A stretch of DNA of 63,986 nt, the filler included, from Raillietiella orientalis (taxonomy: Eukaryota): assembly GCA_036172245.1 (NCBI GenBank). It is 3 parts of 3 records of this genome, joined end to end, with 100 filler letters (N's around TTAATTAATTAA, not from the genome) between each part and the next. Parts side by side here need not be neighbours in the genome. Positions count along the whole stretch, not along the records: positions 1 to 29,542 come from JAYWIR010000206.1; 2 more parts are not named here. The stretch is one strand, 5' to 3'. The notes under the pieces are model-generated. The model saw only the letters and a list, made by a program, of their open reading frames with translations, was not told the origin of the DNA and did not search any database. Positions 12,901 to 28,500 of this stretch are shown in pieces. Made by a program: the position numbers and the translations under genes. Every line of letters starts with the position of its first letter. Within the stretch, counting starts at the first letter, position 1.

Positions 12901-15900
12901 GGGGATTTGGACGGAAAACACCACATTGGAAATAGAAAAGATAGAGGAATTTCTTTGATGCATTTTGAAGATTCTATTTCTATGCTGGAAGTGGGAGTAG
13001 ACAGCTTCCAACCAATTTGAGGTCTCAAGATTTCGACCGAATTCTTCGGGAACCGGCCATGGTCGTTTTGGTGCAAGTGCGGAGATTTGGACGGAAAATA
13101 CCAGATTGGAAATAGAAAAGATAGAGGAATTTCTTCGATGCATTTTGAAGATTCTATTTCTATGCTGAAAGTGGAAGTAGACAGCTTCCAACCATTTTGA
13201 GGTCTCAGGATTTCGACCGAATTCATCCGGAAACGGCCATGGTCGTGTTGGTGCAAGTGCGAAGATTTGGACGGAAAACACCACATTGGAAATAGAAAAC
13301 ATAGAGGAATTTTTGTGATGCATATTGAAGATTCTATTTCTATGCTGGAAGACGAAGTAGATTGCTTCCAACCATTTTCATGTTTCAGGCTTGCGACCGA
13401 ATTCATCCGGAACCGGCCATGGTCGTGTTGGTGCAAGTGCGAAGATTTGGACGGAAAACACCACATTGGAAATAGAAAAGATAGAGGAATTCATTTGATG
13501 CATTTTGAAGATTCTATTTCTATGCTGGAAGTGGGAGTAGACAGCTTCCAACCATTTTGAGGTCTCAAGATTTCGACCGAATTCTTCGGGAACCGGCCAT
13601 GGTCGTTTTGGTGCAAGTGCGGAGATTTGGACGGAAAATGCCACATTGGAAATAGAAAAGATAGAGGAATTTCTTTGATGCATTTTGGAGATTCTATTTC
13701 TATGCTGAAAGTGGAAGTAGACAGCTTCCAACCATTTTGAGGTCTCAGGATTTCGACCGAATTCTTCCGGAAACGGCCATGGTCGTGTTGGTGCAAGTGC
13801 GAAGATTTGGACGGAAAACACCACATTGGAAGTAGAAAACATAGAGGAATTTTTGTGATGCATTTTGAAGATTCTATTCCTATGCTGGAAGACGAAGTAG
13901 ATTGCTTCCAACCATTTTGATGTCTCAGGATTGCGACCGAATTCATCGGGAAGCGGCCATGGTCGTTTACATGCAAGTGCGCAGATTTGGACGGAAAACA
14001 CCACATTGGAAATAGAAAAGATAGAGGAATTTCTTTAATGCATTTTGAAGATTCTATTTCTATGCTGGAAGTGGAAGTAGACAGCTTCCAACCATTTTGA
14101 GGTCTCAGGATTTCGACCGAATTCTTCGGGAACCGGCCATGGTCGTTTTGGTGCAAGTGCGGAGATTTGGACGGAAAATACCACATTGGAAATAGAAAAG
14201 ATAGACGAATTTCTTTGATGCATTTTGAAGATTCTATTTCTATGCTGGAAGTGGAAGTAGATTGATTCCAACCATTTTGATGTCTCAGGATTGCTTCCGA
14301 ATTCATCGGGAACCGGCCATGGTCGATTTGGTGCAAGTGCGGAGATTTGGACGGAAAACACCACATTGGAAATAGAAAAGATAGAGGAATTTCTTTGATG
14401 CATTTTAAAGATTCTATTTCTATGCTGGAAGTGGAAGTAGACAGCTTCCAACCATTTTGAGGTCTCAAGATTTCGACCGAATTCTTCGGGAACCGGCCAT
14501 GGTCGTTTTGGTGCAAGTGCGGAGATTTGGACGGAAAACATCACATTGGAAATAGAAAAGATAGAGGAATTTCTTTGATGCATTTTGAATATTCTATTTC
14601 TATGCTGGAAGTGGAAGTAGACAGCTTCCAACCATTTTAATGTCTCAGGCATGCGACCGAATTCATCCGGAACCGGCCATGGTCGTTTTGGTGCAAGTGC
14701 GGAGATTTGGAAGGAAAACACCACATTGGAAATAGAAAACCTAGAGGAATTTTTGTGATGCATTTTTAAGATTCTATTTCTATGCTGGAAGACGAAGTAG
14801 ATTGCTTCCAACCATTTTGATGTCTCAGGATTGCTTCCGAATTCATCGGGAACCGGCCATGGTCGTTTTGCTGCAAGTGCGGAGATTTGGACGGAAAACA
14901 CCACATTGGAAATAGAAAAGATAGAGGAATTTCTTCGATGCATTTTGAAGATTCTATTTCTATGCTGGAAGTGGTAGTAGACAGCTTCCAACCATTTTGA
15001 GGTCTCAAGATTTCGACCGAATTCTTCGGGAACCGGCCATGGTCGTTTTGTTGCAAGTGCGGAGATTTGGACGGAAAATACCACATTGGAAATAGAAAAG
15101 ATAGAGGAATTTCTTTGATGCATTTTGAAGATTCTATTTGTATGCTGAAAGTGGAAGTAGACAGCTTCCAACCATTTTGAGGTCTCAGGATTTCGACCGA
15201 ATTCTTCGGGAACCGGCCATGGTCGTTTTGGTGCAAGTGCGGAGATTTGGACGGAAAATACCACATTGGAAATAGAAAAGATAGAGGAATTTCTTTGATG
15301 CATTGTGAAGATTCTATTTCCATGCTGGAAGTGGAAGTAGATTGATTCCAACCATTTTGATGTCTCAGGATTGCTTCCGAATTCATCGGGAACCGGCCAT
15401 GGTCGATTTGGTGCAAGTGCGGAGATTTGGACGGAAAACACCACATTGGAAATAGAAAAGATAGAGGAATTTCTTTGATGCATTTTGAAGATTCTATTTC
15501 TATGCTGGAAATGGAAGTAGACAGCTTCCAACCATTTTGAGGTCTCAGGATTTCGACCGAATTCTTCGGGAACCGGCCATGGTCGTTTACATGCAAGTGC
15601 GGAGATTTGGACGGAAAACACCACATTGGAAATAGAAAAGATAGAGGAATTTTTTTAATGCATTTTGAAGATTCTATTTCTATGCTGGAAGTGGAAGTAG
15701 ACAGCTTCCAAGCATTTTCATGTTTCAGGCTTGCGACCGAATTCATCCGGAACCGGCCATGGTCGTGTTGGTGCAAGTGCGAAGATTTGGACGGAAAACA
15801 CCACATTGGAAATAGAAAAGATAGAGGAATTCATTTGATGCATTTTGAAGATTCTATTTCTATGCTGGAAGGGGAAGTAGATTGATTCCAACCATTTTGA

Positions 15901-18900
15901 TGTCTCAGGATTGCGACCAAATTCATCGGGAACCGGCCATGTTCGTTTTGGTGCAAGTGCGAAGTTTTGGACGGAAAACACCACATTGGAAATAGAAAAC
16001 ATAGAGGAATTTTTGTGATGCATTCTGAAGATTCTATTTCTATGCTGGGAGACGAAGTAGATTGATTCCAACCATTTCTATGTCTCATTATTGCGACCGA
16101 ATTCATCGGGAAGCGGCTATGGTCGTTTACATGCAAGTGCGGAGATTTGGACGCAAAACACCACATTGGAAATAGAAAACATAGAGGAATTTCTTTGATG
16201 CATTTTGAAGATACTATTTCTATGCTGGAAGGCAAAGTAGATTGATTCCAACCATTTCGATGTCTCAGGATTGCGACCGAATTCATCGGGAACCGGCCAT
16301 GGTCGTTTTGGTGCAAGTGCGAAGATTTGGACGGAAAACACCACATTGGAAATAGAAAACATAGAGGAATTTTTGTGATGCATATTGAAGATTCTATTTC
16401 TATGCTGGAAGACGAAGTAGATTGCTTCCAACCATTTTCATGTTTCAGGCTTGCGACCGAATTCATCCGGAACCGGCCATGGTCGTGTTGGTGCAAGTGC
16501 GAAGATTTGGACGGAAAACACCACATTGGAAATAGAAAAGATAGAGGAATTCATTTGATGCATTTTGAAGATTCTATTTCTATGCTGGAAGTGGGAGTAG
16601 ACAGCTTCCAACCATTTTGAGGTCTCAAGATTTCGACCGAATTCTTCGGGAACCGGCCATGGTCGTTTCGGTGCAAGTGCGGAGATTTGGACGGAAAATA
16701 CCACATTGGAAATAGAAAAGATAGAGGAATTTCTTTGATGCATTTTGGAGATTCTATTTGTATGCTGAAAGTGGAAGTAGACAGCTTCCAACCATTTTGA
16801 GGTCTCAGGATTTCGACCGAATTCTTCCGGAAACGGCCATGTTCGTGTTGGTGCAAGTGCGAAGATTTGGACGGAAAACACCACATTGGAAATAGAAAAC
16901 ATAGAGGAATTTTTGTGATGCATTTTGAAGATTCTATTTCTATGCTGGAAGACGAAGTAGATTGCTTCCAACCATTTTGATGTCTCAGGATTGCGACCGA
17001 ATTCATCGGGAACCGGCCATGGTCGTTTTGGAGCAAGTGCGGAGATTTGGACGGAAAACACCACATTGGAAATAGAAAAGATAGAGGAATTTCTTTGATG
17101 CATTTTGAAGATTCTATTTCTATGCTGGAAGTGGAAGTAGACAGCTTCCAACCATTTTGAGGTCTCAAGATTTCGACCGAATTCTTCGGGAACCGGCCAT
17201 GGTCGTTTTGGTGCAAGTGCGGAGATTTGGACGGAAAATACCACATTGGAAATAGAAAAGATAGAGGAATTTCTTTGATGCATTTTGAAGATTCTATTTC
17301 TATGCTGAAAGTGGAAGTAGACAGCTTCCAACCATTTTGAGGTCTCAGGATTTCGACCGAATTCTTCGGGAACCGGCCATGGTCGTTTTGGTGCAAGTGC
17401 GGAGATTTGGACGGAAAATACCACATTGGAAATAGAAAAGATAGAGGAATTTCTTTGATGCATTTTGAAGATTCTATTTCTATGCTGGAAGTGGGAGTAG
17501 ACTGATTCCAACCATTTTGATGTCTCAGGATTGCTTCCGAATTCATCGGGAACCGGCCATGGTCGATTTGGTGCAAGTGCGGAGATTTGGACGGGAAACA
17601 CCACATTGGAAATAGAAAAGATAGAGGAATTTCTTTGATGCATTTTGAAGATTCTATTTCTATGCTGGAAGTGGAAGTAGACAGCTTCCAACCATTTTGA
17701 GGTCTCAGGATTTCGACCGAATTCTTCGGGAACCGGCCATGGTCGTTTTGGTGCAAGTGCGGAGATTTGGACGGAAAACATCTCATTGGAAATAGAAAAG
17801 ATAGAGGAATTTCTTTGATGCATTTTGAAGATTCTATTTCTATGCTGGAAGTGGAAGTAGACAGCTTCCAACCATTTTCATGTTTCAGGCTTGCGACCGA
17901 ATTCATCCGGAACCGGCCATGGTCGTGTTGGTGCAAGTGCGAAGATTTTTACGGAAAACACCACATTGGAAATAGAATACATTGAGGAATTTTTGTGATG
18001 CATTTTGATGATTCTTTTTTTGTGCTGGAAGACGAAGTAGATTGATTCCAACCATTTTGATGTCTCAGGATTGCGACCAAATTCATCGGGAACCGGCCAT
18101 GTTCGTTTTGGTGCAAGTGCGAAGTTTTGGACGGAAAACACCACATTGGAAATAGAAAACATAGAGGAATTTTTGTGATGCATTCTGAAGATTCTATTTC
18201 TATGCTGGAAGACGAAGAAGATTGATTCCAACCATTTCGATGTCTCATTATTGCGACCGAATTCATCGGGAAGCGGCTATGGTCGTTTACATGCAAGTGC
18301 GGAGATTTGGACGCAAAACACCACATTGGAAATAGAAAACATAGAGGAATTTCTTTGATGCATTTTGAAGATTCTATTTCTATGCTGGAAGACGAAGTAG
18401 ATTGATTCCAACCATTTCGATGTCTCAGGATTGCGACCGAATTCATCGGGAACCGGCCATGGTCGTTTTGGTGCAAGTGCGAAGATTTGGACGGAAAACA
18501 CCACATTGGAAATAGAAAACATAGAGGAATTTTTGTGATGCATTTTGAACTTTCTATTTCTGCGCTGGAAGACGAAGTGGATTGATTCCAACCATTTCGA
18601 TGTCTCAGGATTGCGACCGAATTCATCGGGAACCGACCATGGTCGTTTTGGTGCTAGTGCGGAGATTTGGACGGAAAACACCACATTGGAAATAGAAAAG
18701 ATAGAGGAATTTCTTTGATGCATTTTAAAGATTCTATTTCTATGCTGGAAGTGGAAGTAGACAGCTTCCAACCATTTTCATGTCTCAGGATTGCGACCGA
18801 ATTCATCCGGAAACGGCCATGGTCGTGTTGGTGCAAGTGCGAAGATTTGGACGGAAAACACCACATTGGAAATAGAAAACATAGAGGAATTTTTGTGATG

Positions 18901-19399
18901 CATTTTGATGATTCTTTTTTTGTGCTGGAAGACGAAGTAGATTGATTCCAACCATTTTGATGTCTCAGGATTGCGACCGAATTCATCGGGAAGCGGCCAT
19001 GGTCGTTTACATGCAAGTGCGGAGATTTGGACGGAAAACACCACATTGGAAATAGAAAAGATAGAGGAATTTCTTTAATGCATTTTGAAGATTCTATTTC
19101 TATGCTGGAAGTGGAAGTAGACAGCTTCCAACCATTTTGAGGTCTCAGGATTTCGACCGAATTCTTCGGGAACCGGCCATGGTCGTTTTGGTGCAAGTGC
19201 GGAGATTTGGACGGAAAATACCACATTGGAAATAGAAAAGATAGACGAATTTCTTTGATGCATTTTGAAGATTCTATTTCTATGCTGGAAGTGGAAGTAG
19301 ATTGATTCCAACCATTTTGATGTCTCAGGATTGCTTCCGAATTCATCGGGAACCGGCCATGGTCGATTTGGTGCAAGTGCGGAGATTTGGACGGAAAAC

Positions 19400-22300
19400 A
19401 CCACATTGGAAATAGAAAAGATAGAGGAATTTCTTTGATGCATTTTAAAGATTCTATTTCTATGCTGGAAGTGGAAGTAGACAGCTTCCAACCATTTTGA
19501 GGTCTCAAGATTTCGACCGAATTCTTCGGGAACCGGCCATGGTCGTTTTGGTGCAAGTGCGGAGATTTGGACGGAAAACATCACATTGGAAATAGAAAAG
19601 ATAGAGGAATTTCTTTGATGCATTTTGAATATTCTATTTCTATGCTGGAAGTGGAAGTAGACAGCTTCCAACCATTTTCATGTCTCAGGCATGCGACCGA
19701 ATTCATCCGGAACCGGCCATGGTCGTTTTGGTGCAAGTGCGGAGATTTGGAAGGAAAACACCACATTGGAAATAGAAAACATAGAGGAATTTTTGTGATG
19801 CATTTTTAAGATTCTATTTCTATGCTGGAAGACGAAGTAGATTGCTTCCAACCATTTTGATGTCTCAGGATTGCTTCCGAATTCATCGGGAACCGGCCAT
19901 GGTCGTTTTGCTGCAAGTGCGGAGATTTGGACGGAAAACACCACATTGGAAATAGAAAAGATAGAGGAATTTCTTTGATGCATTTTGAAGATTCTATTTG
20001 TATGCTGAAAGTGGAAGTAGACAGCTTCCAACCATTTTGAGGTCTCAGGATTTCGACCGAATTCTTCGGGAACCGGCCATGGTCGTTTTGGTGCAAGTGC
20101 GGAGATTTGGACGGAAAATACCACATTGGAAATAGAAAAGATAGAGGAATTTCTTTGATGCATTTTGAAGATTCTATTTCCATCCTGGAAGTGGAAGTAG
20201 ATTGATTCCAACCATTTTGATGTCTCAGGATTGCTTCCGAATTCATCGGGAACCGGCCATGGTCGATTTGGTGCAAGTGCGGAGATTTGGACGGAAAACA
20301 CCACATTGGAAATAGAAAAGATAGAGGAATTTCTTTGATGCATTTTGAAGATTCTATTTCTATGCTGGAAGTGGAAGTAGACAGCTTCCAAGCATTTTCA
20401 TGTTTCAGGCTTGCGACCGAATTCATCCGGAACCGGCCATGGTCGTGTTGGTGCAAGTGCGAAGATTTGGACGGAAAACACCACATTGGAAATAGAAAAG
20501 ATAGAGGAATTCATTTGATGCATTTTGAAGATTCTATTTCTATGCTGGAAGGGGAAGTAGATTGATTCCAACCATTTTGATGTCTCAGGATTGCGACCAA
20601 ATTCATCGGGAACCGGCCATGTTCGTTTTGGTGCAAGTGCGAAGTTTTGGACGGAAAACACCACATTGGAAATAGAAAACATAGAGGAATTTTTGTGATG
20701 CATTCTGAAGATTCTATTTCTATGCTGGAAGACGAAGTAGATTGATTCCAACCATTTCTATGTCTCATTATTGCGACCGAATTCATCGGGAAGCGGCTAT
20801 GGTCGTTTACATGCAAGTGCGGAGATTTGGACGCAAAACACCACATTGGAAATAGAAAACATACAGGAATTTCTTTGATGCATTTTGAAGATTCTATTTC
20901 TATGCTGGAAGACGAAGTAGATTGATTCCAACCATTTCGATGTCTCAGGATTGCGACCGAATTCATCGGGAACCGGCCATGGTCGATTTGGTGCAAGTGC
21001 GAAGATTTGGACGGAAAACACCACATTGGAAATAGAAAACATCGAGGAATTTTTGTGATGCATTTTGAAGTTTCTATTTCTGCGCTGGAAGACGAAGTGG
21101 ATTGATTCCAACCATTTCGATGTCTCAGGATTGCGACCGAATTCATCGGGAACCGACCTTTGTCGTTTTGGTGCTAGTGCGGAGATTCGGACGGAAAACA
21201 CCACATTGGAAATAGAAAAGATAGAGGAATTTTTGTGATGCATTTTTAAGATTCTATTTCTATGCTGAAAGACGAAGTAGATTGCTTCCAACCATTTTGA
21301 TGTCTCAGGATTGCTTCCGAATTCATCGGGAACCGGCCATGGTCGTTTTGGTGCAAGTGCGGAGATTTGGACGGAAAACACCACATTGGAAATAGAAAAG
21401 ATAGAGGAATTTCTTTGATGCATTTTGAAGATTCTATTTCTATGCTGGAAGTGGAAGTAGACAGCTTCCAACCATTTTGAGGTCTCAAGATTTCGACCGA
21501 ATTCTTCGGGAACCGGCCATGGTCGTTTTGGTGCAAGTGCGGAGATTTGGACGGAAAACATCACATTGGAAATAGAAAAGATAGAGGAATTTCTTTGATG
21601 CATTTTGAATATTCTATTTCTATGCTGGAAGTGGAAGTAGACAGCTTCCAACCATTTTCATGTCTCAGGCATGCGACCGAATTCATCCGGAACCGGCCAT
21701 GGTCGTTTTGGTGCGAGTGCGGAGATTTGGAAGGAAAACACCACATTGGAAATAGAAAACATAGAGGAATTTTTGTGATGCATTTTTAAGATTCTATTTC
21801 TATGCTTTAAGACGAAGTAGATTGCTTCCAACCATTTTGATGTCTAAGGATTGCTTCTGAATTCATCGGGAACCGGCCATGGTCGTTTTGGTGCAAGTGC
21901 GGAGATTTGGACGGAAAACACCACATTGGAAATAGAAAAGATAGAGGAATTTCTTTGATGCATTTTGAAGATTCTATTTCTATGCTGGAAGTGGAAGTAG
22001 ACCGCTTCCAACCATTTTGAGGTCTCAAGATTTCGACCGAATTCTTCGGGAACCGGCCATGGTCGTTTTGGTGCAAGTGCGGAGATTTGGACGGAAAATA
22101 CCACATTGGAAATAGAAAAGATAGAGGAATTCATTTGATGCATTTTGAAGATTCTATTTTTATGCTGAAAGTGGAAGTAGACAGCTTCCAACCATTTTGA
22201 GGTCTCAGGATTTCGACCGAATTCTTCGGGAACCGGCCATGGTCGTTTTGGTGCAAGTGCGGAGATTTGGACGGAAAATACCACATTGGAAATAGAAAAG

Positions 22301-25300
22301 ATAGAGGAATTTCTTTGATGCATTTTGAAGATTCTATTTCTATGCTGGAAGTGGAAGTAGACAGCTTCCAACCATTTTGAGGTCTCAAGATTTCGACCGA
22401 ATTCTTCGGGAACCGGCCATGGTCGTTTTGGTGCAAGTGCGGAGATTTGGACGGAAAACATCACATTGGAAATAGAAAAGATAGAGGAATTTCTTTGATG
22501 CATTTTGAATATTCTATTTCTATGCTGGAAGTGGAAGTAGACAGCTTCCAACCATTTTCATGTCTCAGGCATGCGACCGAATTCATCCGGAACCGGCCAT
22601 GGTCGTTTTGGTGCAAGTGCGGAGATTTGGAAGGAAAACACCACATTGGAAATAGAAAACATAGAGGAATTTTTGTGATGCATTTTTAAGATTCTATTTC
22701 TATGCTGGAAGACGAAGTAGATTGCTTCCAACCATTTTGATGTCTCAGGATTGCTTCCGAATTCATCGGGAACCGGCCATGGTCGTTTTGCTGCAAGTGC
22801 GGAGATTTGGACGGAAAACACCACATTGGAAATAGAAAAGATAGAGGAATTTCTTTGATGCATTTTGAAGATTCTATTTGTATGCTGAAAGTGGAAGTAG
22901 ACAGCTTCCAACCATTTTGAGGTCTCAGGATTTCGACCGAATTCTTCGGGAACCGGCCATGGTCGTTTTGGTGCAAGTGCGGAGATTTGGACGGAAAATA
23001 CCACATTGGAAATAGAAAAGATAGAGGAATTTCTTTGATGCATTTTGAAGATTCTATTTCCATCCTGGAAGTGGAAGTAGATTGATTCCAACCATTTTGA
23101 TGTCTCAGGATTGCTTCCGAATTCATCGGGAACCGGCCATGGTCGATTTGGTGCAAGTGCGGAGATTTGGACGGAAAACACCACATTGGAAATAGAAAAG
23201 ATAGAGGAATTTCTTTGATGCATTTTGAAGATTCTATTTCTATGCTGGAAGTGGAAGTAGACAGCTTCCAAGCATTTTCATGTTTCAGGCTTGCGACCGA
23301 ATTCATCCGGAACCGGCCATGGTCGTGTTGGTGCAAGTGCGAAGATTTGGACGGAAAACACCACATTGGAAATAGAAAAGATAGAGGAATTCATTTGATG
23401 CATTTTGAAGATTCTATTTCTATGCTGGAAGGGGAAGTAGATTGATTCCAACCATTTTGATGTCTCAGGATTGCGACCAAATTCATCGGGAACCGGCCAT
23501 GTTCGTTTTGGTGCAAGTGCGAAGTTTTGGACGGAAAACACCACATTGGAAATAGAAAACATAGAGGAATTTTTGTGATGCATTCTGAAGATTCTATTTC
23601 TATGCTGGAAGACGAAGTAGATTGATTCCAACCATTTCTATGTCTCATTATTGCGACCGAATTCATCGGGAAGCGGCTATGGTCGTTTACATGCAAGTGC
23701 GGAGATTTGGACGCAAAACACCACATTGGAAATAGAAAACATACAGGAATTTCTTTGATGCATTTTGAAGATTCTATTTCTATGCTGGAAGACGAAGTAG
23801 ATTGATTCCAACCATTTCGATGTCTCAGGATTGCGACCGAATTCATCGGGAACCGGCCATGGTCGATTTGGTGCAAGTGCGAAGATTTGGACGGAAAACA
23901 CCACATTGGAAATAGAAAACATCGAGGAATTTTTGTGATGCATTTTGAAGTTTCTATTTCTGCGCTGGAAGACGAAGTGGATTGATTCCAACCATTTCGA
24001 TGTCTCAGGATTGCGACCGAATTCATCGGGAACCGACCTTTGTCGTTTTGGTGCTAGTGCGGAGATTCGGACGGAAAACACCACATTGGAAATAGAAAAG
24101 ATAGAGGAATTTTTGTGATGCATTTTTAAGATTCTATTTCTATGCTGAAAGACGAAGTAGATTGCTTCCAACCATTTTGATGTCTCAGGATTGCTTCCGA
24201 ATTCATCGGGAACCGGCCATGGTCGTTTTGGTGCAAGTGCGGAGATTTGGACGGAAAACACCACATTGGAAATAGAAAAGATAGAGGAATTTCTTTGATG
24301 CATTTTGAAGATTCTATTTCTATGCTGGAAGTGGAAGTAGACAGCTTCCAACCATTTTGAGGTCTCAAGATTTCGACCGAATTCTTCGGGAACCGGCCAT
24401 GGTCGTTTTGGTGCAAGTGCGGAGATTTGGACGGAAAACATCACATTGGAAATAGAAAAGATAGAGGAATTTCTTTGATGCATTTTGAATATTCTATTTC
24501 TATGCTGGAAGTGGAAGTAGACAGCTTCCAACCATTTTCATGTCTCAGGCATGCGACCGAATTCATCCGGAACCGGCCATGGTCGTTTTGGTGCGAGTGC
24601 GGAGATTTGGAAGGAAAACACCACATTGGAAATAGAAAACATAGAGGAATTTTTGTGATGCATTTTTAAGATTCTATTTCTATGCTGGAAGACGAAGTAG
24701 ATTGCTTCCAACCATTTTGATGTCTAAGGATTGCTTCTGAATTCATCGGGAACCGGCCATGGTCGTTTTGGTGCAAGTGCGGAGATTTGGACGGAAAACA
24801 CCACATTGGAAATAGAAAAGATAGAGGAATTTCTTTGATGCATTTTGAAGATTCTATTTCTATGCTGGAAGTGGAAGTAGACCGCTTCCAACCATTTTGA
24901 GGTCTCAAGATTTCGGCCGAATTCTTCGGGAACCGGCCATGGTCGTTTTGGTGCAAGTGCGGAGATTTGGACGGAAAATACCACATTGGAAATAGAAAAG
25001 ATAGAGGAATTCATTTGATGCATTTTGAAGATTCTATTTTTATGCTGAAAGTGGAAGTAGACAGCTTCCAACCATTTTGAGGTCTCAGGATTTCGACCGA
25101 ATTCTTCGGGAACCGGCCATGATCGTTTTGGTGCAAGTGCGGAGATTTGGACGGAAAATACCACATTGGAAATAGAAAAGATAGAGGAATTTCTTTGATG
25201 CATTTTGAAGATTCTATTTCTATGCTGGAAGTTAAAGTAGACAGCTTCCAACCATTTTGAGGTCTCAAGTTTTCGACCGAATACTTCGGGAACCGGCCAT

Positions 25301-25500
25301 GGTCGTTTTGGTGCAAGTGCGGAGATTTGGACGGAAAACATCACATTGGAAATAGAAAAGATAGAGGAATTTCTTTGATGCATTTTGAATATTCTATTTC
25401 TATGCTGGAAGTGGAAGTAGACAGCTTCCAACCATTTTCATGTCTCAGGCATGCGACCGAATTCATCCGGAACCGGCCATGGTCGTTTTGGTGCAAGTGC
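19400..25500. repeat. 16-monomer (2880-bp) higher-order repeat, about 2 copies, satellite domain 2
   Basis: Diagnostic variants recur 2880 bp apart: catcctggaa 20181/23061, aaccgacctt 21151/24031, gtgcgagtgc 21711/24591, accgcttcca 22001/24881. Boundaries approximate. Confidence 0.92.
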
Positions 25501-28500
25501 GGAGATTTGGAAGGAAAACACCACATTGGAAATAGAAAACATAGAGGAATTTTTGTGATGCATTTTTGAGATTCTATTTCTATGCTGGAAGACAAAGTAG
25601 ATTGCTTCCAACCATTTTGATGTCTCAGGATTGCTTCCGAATTCATCGGGAACCGGCCATGGTCGTTTTGGTGCAAGTGCGGAGATTTGGACGGAAAACA
25701 CCACATTGGAAATAGAAAAGATAGAGGAATTCATTTGATGCATTTTGAAGATTCTTTTTCTATGCTGAAAGTGGAAGTAGACAGCTTCCAACCATTTTGA
25801 GGTCTCAGGATTTCGACCGAATTCTTCGGGAACCGGCCATGGTCGTTTTGGTGCAAGTGCAGAGATTTGGACGGAAAATACCACATTGGAAATAGAAAAG
25901 ATAGAGGAATTTGCTTGATGCATTTTGAAGATTCTATTTCTATGCTGGAAGTGGAAGTAGATTGATTCCAACCATTTTGATGTCTAAGGATTGCTTCCAA
26001 ATTCATCGGGAACCGGCCATGGTCGATTTGGTGCAAGTGCGGAGATTTGGACGGAAAACACCACATTGGAAATAGAAAAGATAGAGGAATTTCTTTGATG
26101 CATTTTGAAGATTCTATTTCTATGCTGGAAGTGGAAGTAGACAGCTTCCAACCATTTTCATGTCTCAGGATTGCGACCGAATTCATCCGGAAACGGCCAT
26201 GGTCGTGTTGGTGCAAGTGCGAAGATTTGGACGGAAAACACCACATTGGAAATAGAAAACATAGAGGAATTTTTGTGATGCATTTTGATGATTCTTTTTT
26301 TGTGCTGGAAGACGAAGTAGATTGATTCCAACCATTTTGATGTCTCAGGATTGCGACCGAATTCATCGGGAAGCGGCCATGGTCGTTTACATGCAAGTGC
26401 GGAGATTTGGACGGAAAACACCACATTGGAAATAGAAAAGATAGAGGAATTTCTTTGATGCATTTTGAAGATTCTATTTCTATGCTGGAAGAGGAAATAG
26501 ATTGATTCCAACCATTTTGATGTCTCAGGATTGCAATCGAGTTCATCCGGAACCGGCCATGGTCGTGTTGGTGCAAGTGCGAAGATTTGGAAGGAAAACA
26601 CCACATTGGAAATAGAAAACATAGAGGAATTTTTGTGATGCATTTTGAAGATTCTATTTCTATGCTGGAAGAGGAAATAGATTGATTCCAACCATTTTGA
26701 TGTCTCAGGATTGCGACCGAGTTCATCCGGAACCGGCCATGGTCGTTTTGGTGCAAGTGCGAAGATTTGGACGGAAAACACCACATTGGAAATAGAAAAC
26801 ATAGAGGAATTTTTGTGATGCATTTTGAAGTTTCTATTTCTGCGCTGGAAGACGAAGTGGATTGATTCCAACCATTTCGATGTCTCAGGATTGCGACCGA
26901 ATTCATCGGGAACCGACCATGGTCGTTTTGGTGCTAGTGCGGAGATTTGGACGGAAAACACCACATTGGAAATAGAAAAGATAGAGGAATTTCTTTGATG
27001 CATTTTAAAGATTCTATTTCTATGCTGGAAGTGGAAGTAGACAGCTTCCAACCATTTTCATGTCTCAGGATTGCGACCGAATTCATCCGGAAACGGCCAT
27101 GGTCGTGTTGGTGCAAGTGCGAAGATTTGGACGGAAAACACCACATTGGAAATAGAAAACATAGAGGAATTTTTGTGATGCATTTTGATGATTCTTTTTT
27201 TGTGCTGGAAGACGAAGTAGATTGATTCCAACCATTTTGATGTCTCAGGATTGCGACCGAATTCATCGGGAAGCGGCCATGGTCGTTTACATGCAAGTGC
27301 GGAGATTTGGACGGAAAACACCACATTGGAAATAGAAAAGATAGAGGAATTTCTTTGATGCATTTTGAAGATTCTATTTCTATGCTGGAAGAGGAAATAG
27401 ATTGATTCCAACCATTTTGATGTCTCAGGATTGCGACCGAGTTCATCCGGAACCGGCCATGGTCGTTTTGGTGCAAGTGTGGAGATTTGGACGGAAAATA
27501 CCACATTGGAAATAGAAAAGATAGAGGAATTTCTTTGATGCATTTTGAAGATTCTATTTCTATGCTGGAAGTGGAAGTAGATTGATTCCAACCATTTTGC
27601 TGTCTCAGGATTGCTTCCGAATTCATCGGGAACCAACCATGGTCGATTTGGTGCAAGTGCGGAGATTTGGACGGAAAACACCACATTGGAAATAGAAAAG
27701 ATAGAGGAATTTCTTTGATGCATTTTGAAGATTCTATTTCTATGCTGGAAGTGGAAGTAGACAGCTTCCAACCATTTTGAGGTCTCAGGATTTCGACCGA
27801 ATTCTTCGGGAACCGGCCATGGTCGTTTTGGTGCAAGTGCGAAGATTTGGACGGAAAACACCACATTGGAAATAGAAAAGATAGAGGAATTTTTGTGATG
27901 CATTTTAAAGATTCTATTTCTATGCTGGAAGTGGAAGTAGACAGCTTCCAACCATTTTGATGTCTCAGGATTGCGACCGAATTCATCGGGAAGCGGCCAT
28001 GGTCGTTTACATGCAAGTGCGGAGATTTGGACGGAAAACACCACATTGGAAATAGAAAAGATAGAGGAATTTCTTTGATGCATTTTGAAGATTCTATTTC
28101 TATGCTGGAAGAAAAAATAGATTGATTCCAACCATTTTGATGTCTCAGGATTGCGACCGAGTTCATCCGGAACCGGCCATGGTCGTGTTGGTGCAAGTGC
28201 GAAGATTTGGAAGGAAAACACCACATTGGAAATAGAAAACATAGAGGAATTTTTGTGATGCATTTTGAAGATTCTATTTCTATGCTGGAAGACTAAGTAG
28301 ATTGCTTCCAACCATTTTGATGTCTCAGGATTGCTTCCGAATTCATCGGGAACCGGCCATGGTCGTTTTGGTGCAAGTGCGGAGATTTGGACGGAAAACA
28401 CCACATTGGAAATAGAAAAGATAGAGGAATTTCTTTAATGCATTTTGAAGATTCTATTTCTATGCTGGAAGTGGAAGTAGACAGCTTCCAACCATTTTGA